Below are positions 29,957-38,310 of a stretch of DNA of 64,000 bases, one piece after another. Source of the DNA: a virus; the IMG/VR virus record IMGVR_UViG_3300044957_000729; one strand, given 5' to 3'. Below the pieces are notes generated by a model that saw only the letters and a program-made list of their open reading frames with translations, searched no databases and was not told the DNA's origin. Position 1 is the first letter of the stretch; every line of letters begins with the position of its first letter. A program made the translations under genes and the position numbers.

Positions 29957-31462
29957 ATGGAAAGAAAAGTATTATCATTTAGCCAATTTTTAAATGAAGA
30001 AGAAACCGGAATAACCGGAGCCACGGGATCTTCGGATTCAGGAAATCTAGGTAGACCAGAAACTGAAAGGGAAGCAAAGTCGAGGATCGCAAAAAATATA
30101 GTACAATCTGTTTTTGGTGGTATAGGAGGAAGCGGCGGGGTTGATAGTTATATCGATCAAACTAAAGAAGTAAAAGAATCTTTACCTTACAAAGGATGCG
30201 GAGTATCTGATCCATATAAATTAGAGAAGACTCCTCTCTCTGTAATGACTATTAAATTGCTTCTTAACTATTTACAAGAGAAAAAAGTTGGTGACTATAC
30301 GAGAGTTATAAACGAACTAAATGAGAAGAGAGCGGTAATAATTGGTATAAGAAATAGAATAGCAACAAAAAAAGAAAGCTCAAATCAAGATAGATTTTGT
30401 GATGCCTTATATTTCATACCAGGTAATGCAAAAGATGGAACCGAAAGTGCTGGCGCTACAGGAGCTACGGGAGCTACTGGAGCATCGTCTGGTTTTATGC
30501 AGCAAAAGAAAAATGAATCTCTGTCCCTTTACAACTACATAGAACAAAGAATAACGGAATTAGAAACTGTTTCTGAATCTGGACTTTGGACATTTGAGGA
30601 TTTTTCTCGGATGAATGAAGAAAGAGAATTTTTAATTAAAAATAGGGATCTTTTAGAGTCAGGAGAAATATCAGAGAATGATTTCTTAGAGTTATACGAG
30701 GATATCTTAGGAATAGGAGGATTTCTTAAAGGAGCTTGGGATAAAGGAAAACAAGCAGCTAACTGGGTAGGTAGGAAACTTGGATTGGTCGATGATAAAC
30801 CTAAAACTGGGAAAGTTGATATGGATAGCGAGGACAATACTAAATCTCCCTCACAACAACAATCTGGTGCTACCGGAACTACTGGACCAACACCCCCGTC
30901 AGACTTGGGGGATAAAATTGAACCCTATCAAATAACAACAGTTGCTAGCTTAGCTTACTATGGTAAAAAGCCTATGAATCCTAAAGGTGTAGGTATTAAG
31001 CTACCCGGGGATACTCTTTATGTATTGCAGGAAAGTACATTGGGAGGAAAAACTAAATATAAGATGATGGTGGAGGCCGAAAAAATTAAAGTAGGCCGAT
31101 ATCCTATAGGGGTTACTAAATATGAAACATATAAACCAGCTGAAACATACACTGAAAGCTGCGGAATGCAAATACATAGATCATCAACTAAAGGCGTAGG
31201 AGTTTGTATAGGACCTTGGTCAGCAGGATGCCAAGTATTTTCTGATTATACTGAATGGCAAGAATTTATATCTAAAGCTGAAAAGGAATCGATGAATGCC
31301 TCAAAATTCCTATATGGATTAATCCAACTGGACGACATACCAGAGGAAGTATTAAAGTCTGCAATAATCGGTTTACCATATAGTCCTCAACAAGAACAAC
31401 AACCTGTTGCCCAAAACAGATCTGGGAAAGACGTAAGAAAGGTCGGTTTCAGCGAGGAATAG
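29957..31462 (+). CDS. Capsid-targeted-like protein with an L,D-transpeptidase-like (H...SxGC) domain and GAT repeats
   Basis: MERKVLSFSQFLNEE; IIGIR, RFCD, GMQIHRS...WSAGCQVF. Confidence 0.6.
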   Translation: MERKVLSFSQFLNEEETGITGATGSSDSGNLGRPETEREAKSRIAKNIVQSVFGGIGGSGGVDSYIDQTKEVKESLPYKGCGVSDPYKLEKTPLSVMTIKLLLNYLQEKKVGDYTRVINELNEKRAVIIGIRNRIATKKESSNQDRFCDALYFIPGNAKDGTESAGATGATGATGASSGFMQQKKNESLSLYNYIEQRITELETVSESGLWTFEDFSRMNEEREFLIKNRDLLESGEISENDFLELYEDILGIGGFLKGAWDKGKQAANWVGRKLGLVDDKPKTGKVDMDSEDNTKSPSQQQSGATGTTGPTPPSDLGDKIEPYQITTVASLAYYGKKPMNPKGVGIKLPGDTLYVLQESTLGGKTKYKMMVEAEKIKVGRYPIGVTKYETYKPAETYTESCGMQIHRSSTKGVGVCIGPWSAGCQVFSDYTEWQEFISKAEKESMNASKFLYGLIQLDDIPEEVLKSAIIGLPYSPQQEQQPVAQNRSGKDVRKVGFSEE

Positions 31463-31489
31463 AAACTTTAATCCGGTATTCCAGTATAA
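31462..31489 (+). promoter_or_regulatory. Putative middle promoter class GAAA(C/T)-N16-18-TATAA, representative copy
   Basis: Copies at 13960, 21287, 24669, 31462, 40707, 49486(-) and 56843(-), several before replication genes. Confidence 0.55.
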
Positions 31490-31513
31490 TTTTCATCAGC
31501 GAAAATATTTTAG

Positions 31514-32074
31514 GTGGACAAAAGGATAACAATTTCAGATCAGATAAATCAGGATTACCGTAAGTACGCATTATACGTTATTCAAAGCAGGGGCATCCCG
31601 AATTTCTACGATGCACTAACCCCTGTACAAAGATTAATTCTTCAGAATTCCCCAAGCATTTTTAAAAAAACTGTTGGTGTTATAGGTGGGGTTTTTAGTA
31701 CTGGCCTATATCATCACGGAGACTGCGTTTCTGGGGATACAAAAATAGAATTGGCAGATGGGGGTCAGATTAGAATAGAAGACTGGTACGATAAAAATCC
31801 GGGTTGTGATCTTTTAGTTTCTTGTATAGATACAGATACAGGTGAAAAGACTTTTGGAGTTGGTCATTCACCTAGGATAGGACAAATTAATGACGAATTA
31901 ATTGAGCTCGAATTAGAGAGTTGCGAAATAATTAAATGTACTAGGAATCATCCCTTTTATGTAAATTCTACTTGGATTAAGGCCGAGGATCTTGAGGAGG
32001 GAATGGATATAAAAGATTTTTATCATCACGCTGGATATATAAATATAAACATCCATGATGATAAAGAAATGTAA
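31514..32074 (+). CDS. Topoisomerase II small (GyrA-like) subunit N-part plus IntN (31724-32071)
   Basis: YALYVIQSRGIP, DALTPVQR, YHHGD, then CVSGDTKI; block B CTRNHPF. Confidence 0.9.
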   Translation: MDKRITISDQINQDYRKYALYVIQSRGIPNFYDALTPVQRLILQNSPSIFKKTVGVIGGVFSTGLYHHGDCVSGDTKIELADGGQIRIEDWYDKNPGCDLLVSCIDTDTGEKTFGVGHSPRIGQINDELIELELESCEIIKCTRNHPFYVNSTWIKAEDLEEGMDIKDFYHHAGYININIHDDKEM

Positions 32075-32924
32075 ATCGTGCGGGAATGATTTTGAGTCAG
32101 ATCTAAATCTTAACCAGTATTGCACAACAAAATGTAGATCTCGGGATAAATTCTTCAAAATACAAAACGAGGGAAAGTCTTTTAATGTATGGAAAAAAAA
32201 TTACGAGAAATACCCCGAATTTTATAATTCCCTTTCTAGTTATAAAGATAGGTATAAGAATAAGTGCTTCATCTGCGGGAAAGAATATGAAAATTTTAGT
32301 ATGTGTTGCTCTAAGGAATGTTCTTTAGCAATGAAAAATTATTCTACTTTTTTAACTACTGGATCCAATCATAATTTATCTAGGAATTCAATATCAAGAA
32401 AGAATATGGAGAAATCTTTATATGAGAAATATGTTGTCAATAATGTTTTTTCTAGAGATGATGTTTTAAATAAGCTTAAGGAAACATGGGTTAAAAAATA
32501 TGGATATATTAATCTTTCTAAGGTTGATTATATAAAAAATAAAAAAAGATCAACTGCAGAAAAAAATGGATTTTGGGCTCCTAAAGAAACGATGGATTTA
32601 AAAAATATTTATGACGAGAACGTTTATAATATTACATGGAGTCAAATGAAAAGGTTTTCTACAATTAAATTTGGCAATGATATATGGAAAAAGATAAATG
32701 ATTCTAAAAATCTTAAACAATCTGAATGGCTTACAGTTGATCATAGATATTCAAGATCTAAAGGATTTATAGATGGTATATCTCCAGAAATAATAGGACA
32801 TATATGTAATCTTGAGATTATTAATTTCGGGGATAATCGTAAAAAAAATAGTAAATGCTCGGTTACAATGGACCAATTAATCAAGGAGATAAATGAATTT
32901 GATAAAATAGTTTATAAAAAATGA
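32055..32924 (+). CDS. Free-standing HNH-type endonuclease with Zn-finger and KYG repeats, between the topoisomerase intein halves
   Basis: CKSC/CTTKC, CFIC/CSKEC, TVDHRYS...HICNLEII...NRKKNSKC. Confidence 0.75.
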   Translation: MMIKKCKSCGNDFESDLNLNQYCTTKCRSRDKFFKIQNEGKSFNVWKKNYEKYPEFYNSLSSYKDRYKNKCFICGKEYENFSMCCSKECSLAMKNYSTFLTTGSNHNLSRNSISRKNMEKSLYEKYVVNNVFSRDDVLNKLKETWVKKYGYINLSKVDYIKNKKRSTAEKNGFWAPKETMDLKNIYDENVYNITWSQMKRFSTIKFGNDIWKKINDSKNLKQSEWLTVDHRYSRSKGFIDGISPEIIGHICNLEIINFGDNRKKNSKCSVTMDQLIKEINEFDKIVYKK

Positions 32925-34243
32925 GGATAAAGAAAATTAATAGGATAAAGTTAGAATCCCCTTCTGCTTTTTATGATATTACTGTAGAAAAATATCACAA
33001 TTTTATCATAGGTGACTCGAAAATAGTTTGTCATAATTCATCAATGGCTCAAGCAATATCCAAACTTGCGAGACCTTTTTCTTGTGCTGAACAGATATTA
33101 TTGGGTGATGGATTTTTTGGAAGTCCAGTTAATCCTGTACCTTCAGCTCCTAGATATACTCAGGTAAAGATCTCCAGTAAATACAAAGATATAATAGAAA
33201 AATATAAGGATCTAAATGTTCCCAATGAGGAGGGTGGATTTGATTGGATCCATGTTGACTATCCTGTGGGTCTTTCCACTCACATTGTTGGGATAGCAGT
33301 TGGATATAAGTCTAATGTGCTTCCCCGAAAGCCTGAAGACATAGTTGCATACTTAACTGGAAATAAATCTAAGAAATTAAAACCATATTTTAGAGGATTT
33401 AAAGGAAAGGTAACAAAAATGGATTCTCTTAAATCTGCTTGGCTTATAGAAGGGGACACTGAAATAGATGTTACAACTAGAACATTCAAGATAAACTCTA
33501 TATCACCCCTTCAGAGATATGAATCTTTTTTTATTAGGCTCAACAACATTCTGGAAAGAAAATCCCTTAATTACAAGATGGATAATTTCTCAACTGATGA
33601 AGTTAAGATCACGATAAAGTTTAGATGCACAGATCAGGAATTTAAGGAAGTCTCAGATCTAATAGCTAAAGAAACAAAACAGATAGTTACTGAAAATATA
33701 GTTTTCGTGCGGGACGGATCAGTCTTGGAATATGATTGTATAGAAGATTATTTAGAAGACTTCATTGTACACAGGGAAAGAACTATTTTAAAAAGATATG
33801 AGAGGGATCTACTTTATCTTGACGATGAATTAGAATTCTTGGAAGCCAAGGTTAAATTTCTTATTTTTATGCAGGAAAAGAAGAGAGGTGATGATGAGGT
33901 TTCAGCATTTCTTAGTGGTTATAAAAAGGAAATATCCAGAAGACTAGAATCCATATCTTTAATAAAGCTAACAAAAGAGGAAATAATTAAGACAAAAGAA
34001 GAAATTAATTCCATAAAATCCGATATAAAGATTAAGAACCAAGAAATAAAGAAACAAAGGGATAGAGTTAAAGTTGTTGAAAAAGAAAATTCTTTATTAA
34101 AAAAGAAAACGACTTCAAGAACAACTTCACTCTTAGGAGAAGTAAAAGAAGAATTTCATAATGGAATAAGAATATTTGATCCAGAAGAAGAAATAATAGA
34201 AGAAGTAGAACAAGAAAACGAATTAAATATAGAAAATGAGTAA
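32921..34243 (+). CDS. IntC (39 aa, 32921-33037) plus topoisomerase II small subunit C-part with the catalytic Tyr
   Basis: MRIKKINRI...FYDITVEKYHNF...VCHN/S. Splicing restores YHHGD-SS. Also GFFGS, APRYT, GIAVGY. Confidence 0.9.
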   Translation: MRIKKINRIKLESPSAFYDITVEKYHNFIIGDSKIVCHNSSMAQAISKLARPFSCAEQILLGDGFFGSPVNPVPSAPRYTQVKISSKYKDIIEKYKDLNVPNEEGGFDWIHVDYPVGLSTHIVGIAVGYKSNVLPRKPEDIVAYLTGNKSKKLKPYFRGFKGKVTKMDSLKSAWLIEGDTEIDVTTRTFKINSISPLQRYESFFIRLNNILERKSLNYKMDNFSTDEVKITIKFRCTDQEFKEVSDLIAKETKQIVTENIVFVRDGSVLEYDCIEDYLEDFIVHRERTILKRYERDLLYLDDELEFLEAKVKFLIFMQEKKRGDDEVSAFLSGYKKEISRRLESISLIKLTKEEIIKTKEEINSIKSDIKIKNQEIKKQRDRVKVVEKENSLLKKKTTSRTTSLLGEVKEEFHNGIRIFDPEEEIIEEVEQENELNIENE

Positions 34244-35003
34244 GAAACAAGCAACTTTGAATTTTAGGATTACTAATCCTACCAATTTTATGTCTTTCCT
34301 TAAAAAATTAAAATTGGTAGACAAAAGCGTTCCTTTAGAAATAGAAGGAGGAAATTTATTTGCTAAAGTTAGAACCCCTGACAAATCTGTTTTAAAATAT
34401 GTGAGCGTAGATATCAATGAAATACTGGAGGGAGACTTTCCTCCAAATAGATTAAAAATAGGTATTCTTGAGATAAGTAAGTTAATCGATGTTTTTAAAT
34501 ATTTTGGGCCGGAAGAAGAACTTAACTTGACAGTTGATTCCCAGTCTTATGATTCAGATCTAATCGCAACGGGATTAAAATTCTCTTCCTCATCATTAAA
34601 CATATTTGTTAAGTGTGCAGATATAAGTTTACTTGCTTATATAGACGATAATATACAAAGACAGATACATTCAACTGAAGGATCGCAAGTTAATTTTGAA
34701 ATATCAAAAGAAAACTTCCAAAAAGTATCTTTATTAACGGGAATAGAATCTAACTCTGAAGAACTACTAAATTTTGATATCGAAGAAAACGGGGTGACTA
34801 TCAGAGGAAATTCATTCCAATACAATTTAATAAAAGGCAAAAAGCCTAATGGATTTTCTAGCTCTAGTGTTTATACAATCTACAAAAACCAATTCTCTTA
34901 TATAGATCAGGAAAATTCGGAGATACACTTTCATGACAATAGAATATTAGTTAAATCAACGGAATCAGATTCTATAATAGCAATAGGTTTAGTAGAGGTA
35001 TAA
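34236..35003 (+). CDS. Sliding clamp (gp45/PCNA-like)
   Basis: 255 aa, IGILEISKLIDV segment, directly upstream of the polymerase gene. Confidence 0.6.
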   Translation: MSKKQATLNFRITNPTNFMSFLKKLKLVDKSVPLEIEGGNLFAKVRTPDKSVLKYVSVDINEILEGDFPPNRLKIGILEISKLIDVFKYFGPEEELNLTVDSQSYDSDLIATGLKFSSSSLNIFVKCADISLLAYIDDNIQRQIHSTEGSQVNFEISKENFQKVSLLTGIESNSEELLNFDIEENGVTIRGNSFQYNLIKGKKPNGFSSSSVYTIYKNQFSYIDQENSEIHFHDNRILVKSTESDSIIAIGLVEV

Positions 35004-35004
35004 T

Positions 35005-35727
35005 ATGGAAGAAGTAGATTACATGTCAATGAGCTTGGAAGAGCTCAATAAAAAACTGCAGGAATATCAACAAAAATCCTCCGACTTTTATAACACTGAA
35101 CAAGGTATTAAATTAACTCTTAACAGTATATATGGAGCGACAGGAAACCAGTACTTTGCACTTTTCAATCCCGATGTAGCAGAAAGTGTAACTCTACAAG
35201 GACAGGACATATGGAGATTTGCTGAGAAGATAATTAACAAGTACTTCACCGAGATGTGGCACCTTGATAGTGAATTACACGAAAAAATGGGGGTCGCTAA
35301 TGTTAGGCCTCTAAATTTAGATTTTGTTGTCTACGGGGATACTGATTCGGTTTTTTCCAGATCTAAGATAATGATAATGAATAACTTGGGTGAAAAAAAA
35401 GAAATTGAAATTGGGGAATTTTTTAATGAATTAGCTGAATCGGAGGATATTTTATTAGACGATAAGGGTAATCATATTATAGAAACAAAAGGGTTTTTCT
35501 CGCTTAATTCAATTGATGAAGAATTAAGATATTCCCCGATAAAAAAAATAATAAGACACAAAGTAAGAAAGCCTAAATGGAAAATAACTACAGAATCTGG
35601 TAAAGAAGCTATAGTAACTAATGACCACTCCTTGACTGTTTTTAGATTCGGTAAAAAAATTCATATTAAGCCTTCTGAAATAAATTTAGAAACTGATAAA
35701 ATTTTATCAGTTGATGCTGATATATAA
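35005..35727 (+). CDS. polB: DNA polymerase B second subunit, N-part (motif B to YGDTD) plus IntN (35347-35724)
   Basis: KLTLNSIYG, VTLQGQ, YGDTD, then SVFSRSKI; block B VTNDHSL; ends ADI-stop. Confidence 0.9.
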   Translation: MEEVDYMSMSLEELNKKLQEYQQKSSDFYNTEQGIKLTLNSIYGATGNQYFALFNPDVAESVTLQGQDIWRFAEKIINKYFTEMWHLDSELHEKMGVANVRPLNLDFVVYGDTDSVFSRSKIMIMNNLGEKKEIEIGEFFNELAESEDILLDDKGNHIIETKGFFSLNSIDEELRYSPIKKIIRHKVRKPKWKITTESGKEAIVTNDHSLTVFRFGKKIHIKPSEINLETDKILSVDADI

Positions 35728-35744
35728 TATATAAAAAATATTAT

Positions 35745-36887
35745 ATGGAGACGCAAATATTGAAGTCGTTGGTTAAAAGGTATAATAAAGAAAGAACCCG
35801 TGAAAATTGGGATCTTTTAGAAACTCATATAGAGGATAAGCATTTTTGTAAGGACTGTGGTGGATCTATATTTTATGAGAATTCGGTAATTAGAGTTTCT
35901 AGGGAAGGTTCTTTATATTATGATCCTACTATGACCTCTTGTAAAACATATAAAAAAATAGAGGATAGTATTTACTATCTAAATGTTTGTCGGGATTGTA
36001 TTGGTAAGAAGTTCCCAGAATATCTTAAAATGAATCGATCCAGAGTTTTCAATGTGATGAATAAAATTACTATATACGCTTTTGATATTCCAGAATATGA
36101 GGCTAAAAAATTTACCAAAACCACTGCAGTAACGCTAGAAAACTTAACTAATAAATATGGAGAATCAGAGGGATTAAAAAGATGGGAAAGATATAGAAAA
36201 TTACAATCTCTAACAAATACTTTTGAATACAAGAAAGAAAAATATGGGTGGGGAGAAAAAGAATTCAACGATTTTAATAAATCACGTGCAGTTACTCTTA
36301 AAAATATGATTAAAAAATATGGGGAAGAGAAGGGGGTCCGCATTTTTAATGAATACCTAGAAAAACAAAAGGTCAACGGAAAATCAATTTCTTGGTTCTT
36401 AGAAAAACACGGGGAGGAGATAGGTAGAAGAATTTTTAAAGAAATGCTACAAGGTAAGCTAAAAGGCATTAACTGTGTTGTAAATTCTAAACCAGCGGGA
36501 GAATTTTTTGCTAGAATTGAAAATCTTCTTGAAGATAGATTTGAAATTTATTATTTTAATAAAAATTTCGAATTTGAAGTTGTAATAGAAGAAATCGGAA
36601 ATGTTTATTATCTCGATTTTTTTATTAAAGAATTAAATGTTTGTATAGAATTTTTCAGTGATTATTACCATGCTAATCCAAAAAAATATAAAGATCCTGA
36701 GGCACTAATTAAATTTTCTAGGATTCATAAGGTTTCTGAAATTTGGGATAGGGATAAAAAAAGAATTCAAAATCTTGAAAAATATAAAGCAATAAAAACT
36801 ATAGTAGTTTGGGAATCCGACTATTATAAAAACAAAGATAACGAGGATTTTTACAAGAAAATAATTAAACAATGTATAGAGAAATAG
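35745..36887 (+). CDS. Free-standing Vsr/DUF559-like endonuclease between the PolB intein halves
   Basis: CKDC zinc motif, KYGESEG/KYGEEKG repeats, YLDFFIKELNVCIEFFSDYYHANP...VVWESD. Confidence 0.8.
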   Translation: METQILKSLVKRYNKERTRENWDLLETHIEDKHFCKDCGGSIFYENSVIRVSREGSLYYDPTMTSCKTYKKIEDSIYYLNVCRDCIGKKFPEYLKMNRSRVFNVMNKITIYAFDIPEYEAKKFTKTTAVTLENLTNKYGESEGLKRWERYRKLQSLTNTFEYKKEKYGWGEKEFNDFNKSRAVTLKNMIKKYGEEKGVRIFNEYLEKQKVNGKSISWFLEKHGEEIGRRIFKEMLQGKLKGINCVVNSKPAGEFFARIENLLEDRFEIYYFNKNFEFEVVIEEIGNVYYLDFFIKELNVCIEFFSDYYHANPKKYKDPEALIKFSRIHKVSEIWDRDKKRIQNLEKYKAIKTIVVWESDYYKNKDNEDFYKKIIKQCIEK

Positions 36888-37855
36888 AGTACCAATCAAA
36901 ATTTGAAAAGATTAAATCGTGTGAATGTATTGGTGAGTTCGAGAATGATTATGTTTACGATTTAGAGATTGACGAGGAGGGATATGACAATCAAACTTTC
37001 TTTGCTAATCACATTTTAGTTCATAATTCCAATTACATAAATCTTGGTGCTGTTATGGATTCTTGTGAATTTGATTATGATCCTTTTGATTTTGTAAAAA
37101 ATTTAAATGACTATAGACTTAAGGACTATATAAAGAAGTGCTATGACATCTATGCTAAAAAATGGAATACTGAGAACTATCAAGACTTTGAACTGGAAAG
37201 TTTATCTTATGCAGGTATATTCTTAGGAAAAAAGAAATACGTACTTCACATAGCTTGGGAAGACCCAAACAAGGATCTATTTCCCAAGCTATCTAAAATT
37301 AAATCAACCGGTATAGAACTAGCTCAAGGAGGTACTGCTCCTTTTGCAAGGGAAAAACTTACTTTCCTTCTTAGACACATATTTGAAAAGGGTAAAGGGT
37401 TTGATATTAGGGAATTTGTAAAGATACTGAAGGATATCAAGAATGAATTCAAAGTACAAAGTCCAGATCAAATATCAATAGGTACTTCAGTTAACAATAT
37501 AGAAAATTTCATAGTAAATGATACAAGTAAATTAGAAGTTGCTAAGGGATGTCCAATGCACGTTAGAGCTGCTGGGTATCATAACTATATCTTGAATAAT
37601 TCTAAACACAAAGCAAAGTACAGCTTGATAAGATCCTCGGAGAAGATAAAATACTATTACGTTAAAGTTAACAAAGAAAGGGAGAATAACGTATTCGGAT
37701 ATCTTAATGGTTCTTATCCCTACGAGTTTGCTCCCCCGGTCGATTTTGACGAGCAGTTTAATCGTGTTATCCTGGATCCAATAAATAGATTCATTGAAGC
37801 TATGGGATATACCCCACTTTCTCCTAATCTTTTACTAGTTAGAGCTCTTTTTTAA
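36872..37855 (+). CDS. polB: IntC (52 aa, 36872-37027) plus DNA polymerase B palm/thumb
   Basis: YVYDLEI...FFANHILVHN/S. Splicing restores YGDTD-S. Also KKKY, KSTGIE, PMHVRAA. Confidence 0.9.
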   Translation: MYREIEYQSKFEKIKSCECIGEFENDYVYDLEIDEEGYDNQTFFANHILVHNSNYINLGAVMDSCEFDYDPFDFVKNLNDYRLKDYIKKCYDIYAKKWNTENYQDFELESLSYAGIFLGKKKYVLHIAWEDPNKDLFPKLSKIKSTGIELAQGGTAPFAREKLTFLLRHIFEKGKGFDIREFVKILKDIKNEFKVQSPDQISIGTSVNNIENFIVNDTSKLEVAKGCPMHVRAAGYHNYILNNSKHKAKYSLIRSSEKIKYYYVKVNKERENNVFGYLNGSYPYEFAPPVDFDEQFNRVILDPINRFIEAMGYTPLSPNLLLVRALF

Positions 37856-37928
37856 TTCTTTGTATATTATTTTTTTAATGTTTTTTTATGCTTCTAGTTG
37901 GATACATAAGATATATAAAAAAGTAAAG

Positions 37929-38300
37929 ATGTTTAAAAGAATAAAAAATTTCTCCGATTTTGTTAATGAGTCATACAGTCCTTCAGGTATAAATGAAGGT
38001 TTCGTTTCAGCAATTAAAGACTATGCAAAAAGATTTTTCGGATGGACCGGGAAATTTTTAAAAAGTATAGTTGATGGATTAATACCTCCTTTTGCTTGGT
38101 TACAAAAAGAGAAGATCATTCCTTCTGTATTTGTTTATTTTACAGATACTAATGCAGATATGCCAGATCCTAGCATGTATAACATTAGAAAATATGCTAA
38201 GAAGACAATATGGTTTGTTTGTTCGCCTAAACTATACAATAATCCTCCATTTGGTAAGGTATTATATGTTCCTTTAGCAGGTATAGCTGGTGGAAAATAA
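37929..38300 (+). pseudogene. In-frame chimera of an AAA-ATPase-type N-terminus and a VWA-protein C-terminus (deletion remnant)
   Basis: First ~52 aa parallel the 8362 N-terminus; the rest (PPFAW...YFTD...PFGK) parallels the 7323 C-terminus. Confidence 0.7.
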
Positions 38301-38310
38301 AAGTAAGTAG

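Noticed and set aside
648-37027. Group I introns as the explanation for the interrupted helicase, topoisomerase and polymerase genes
   Set aside because: The interruptions are fully coding with intein blocks A, B, F and G; there is no non-coding space for a ribozyme core
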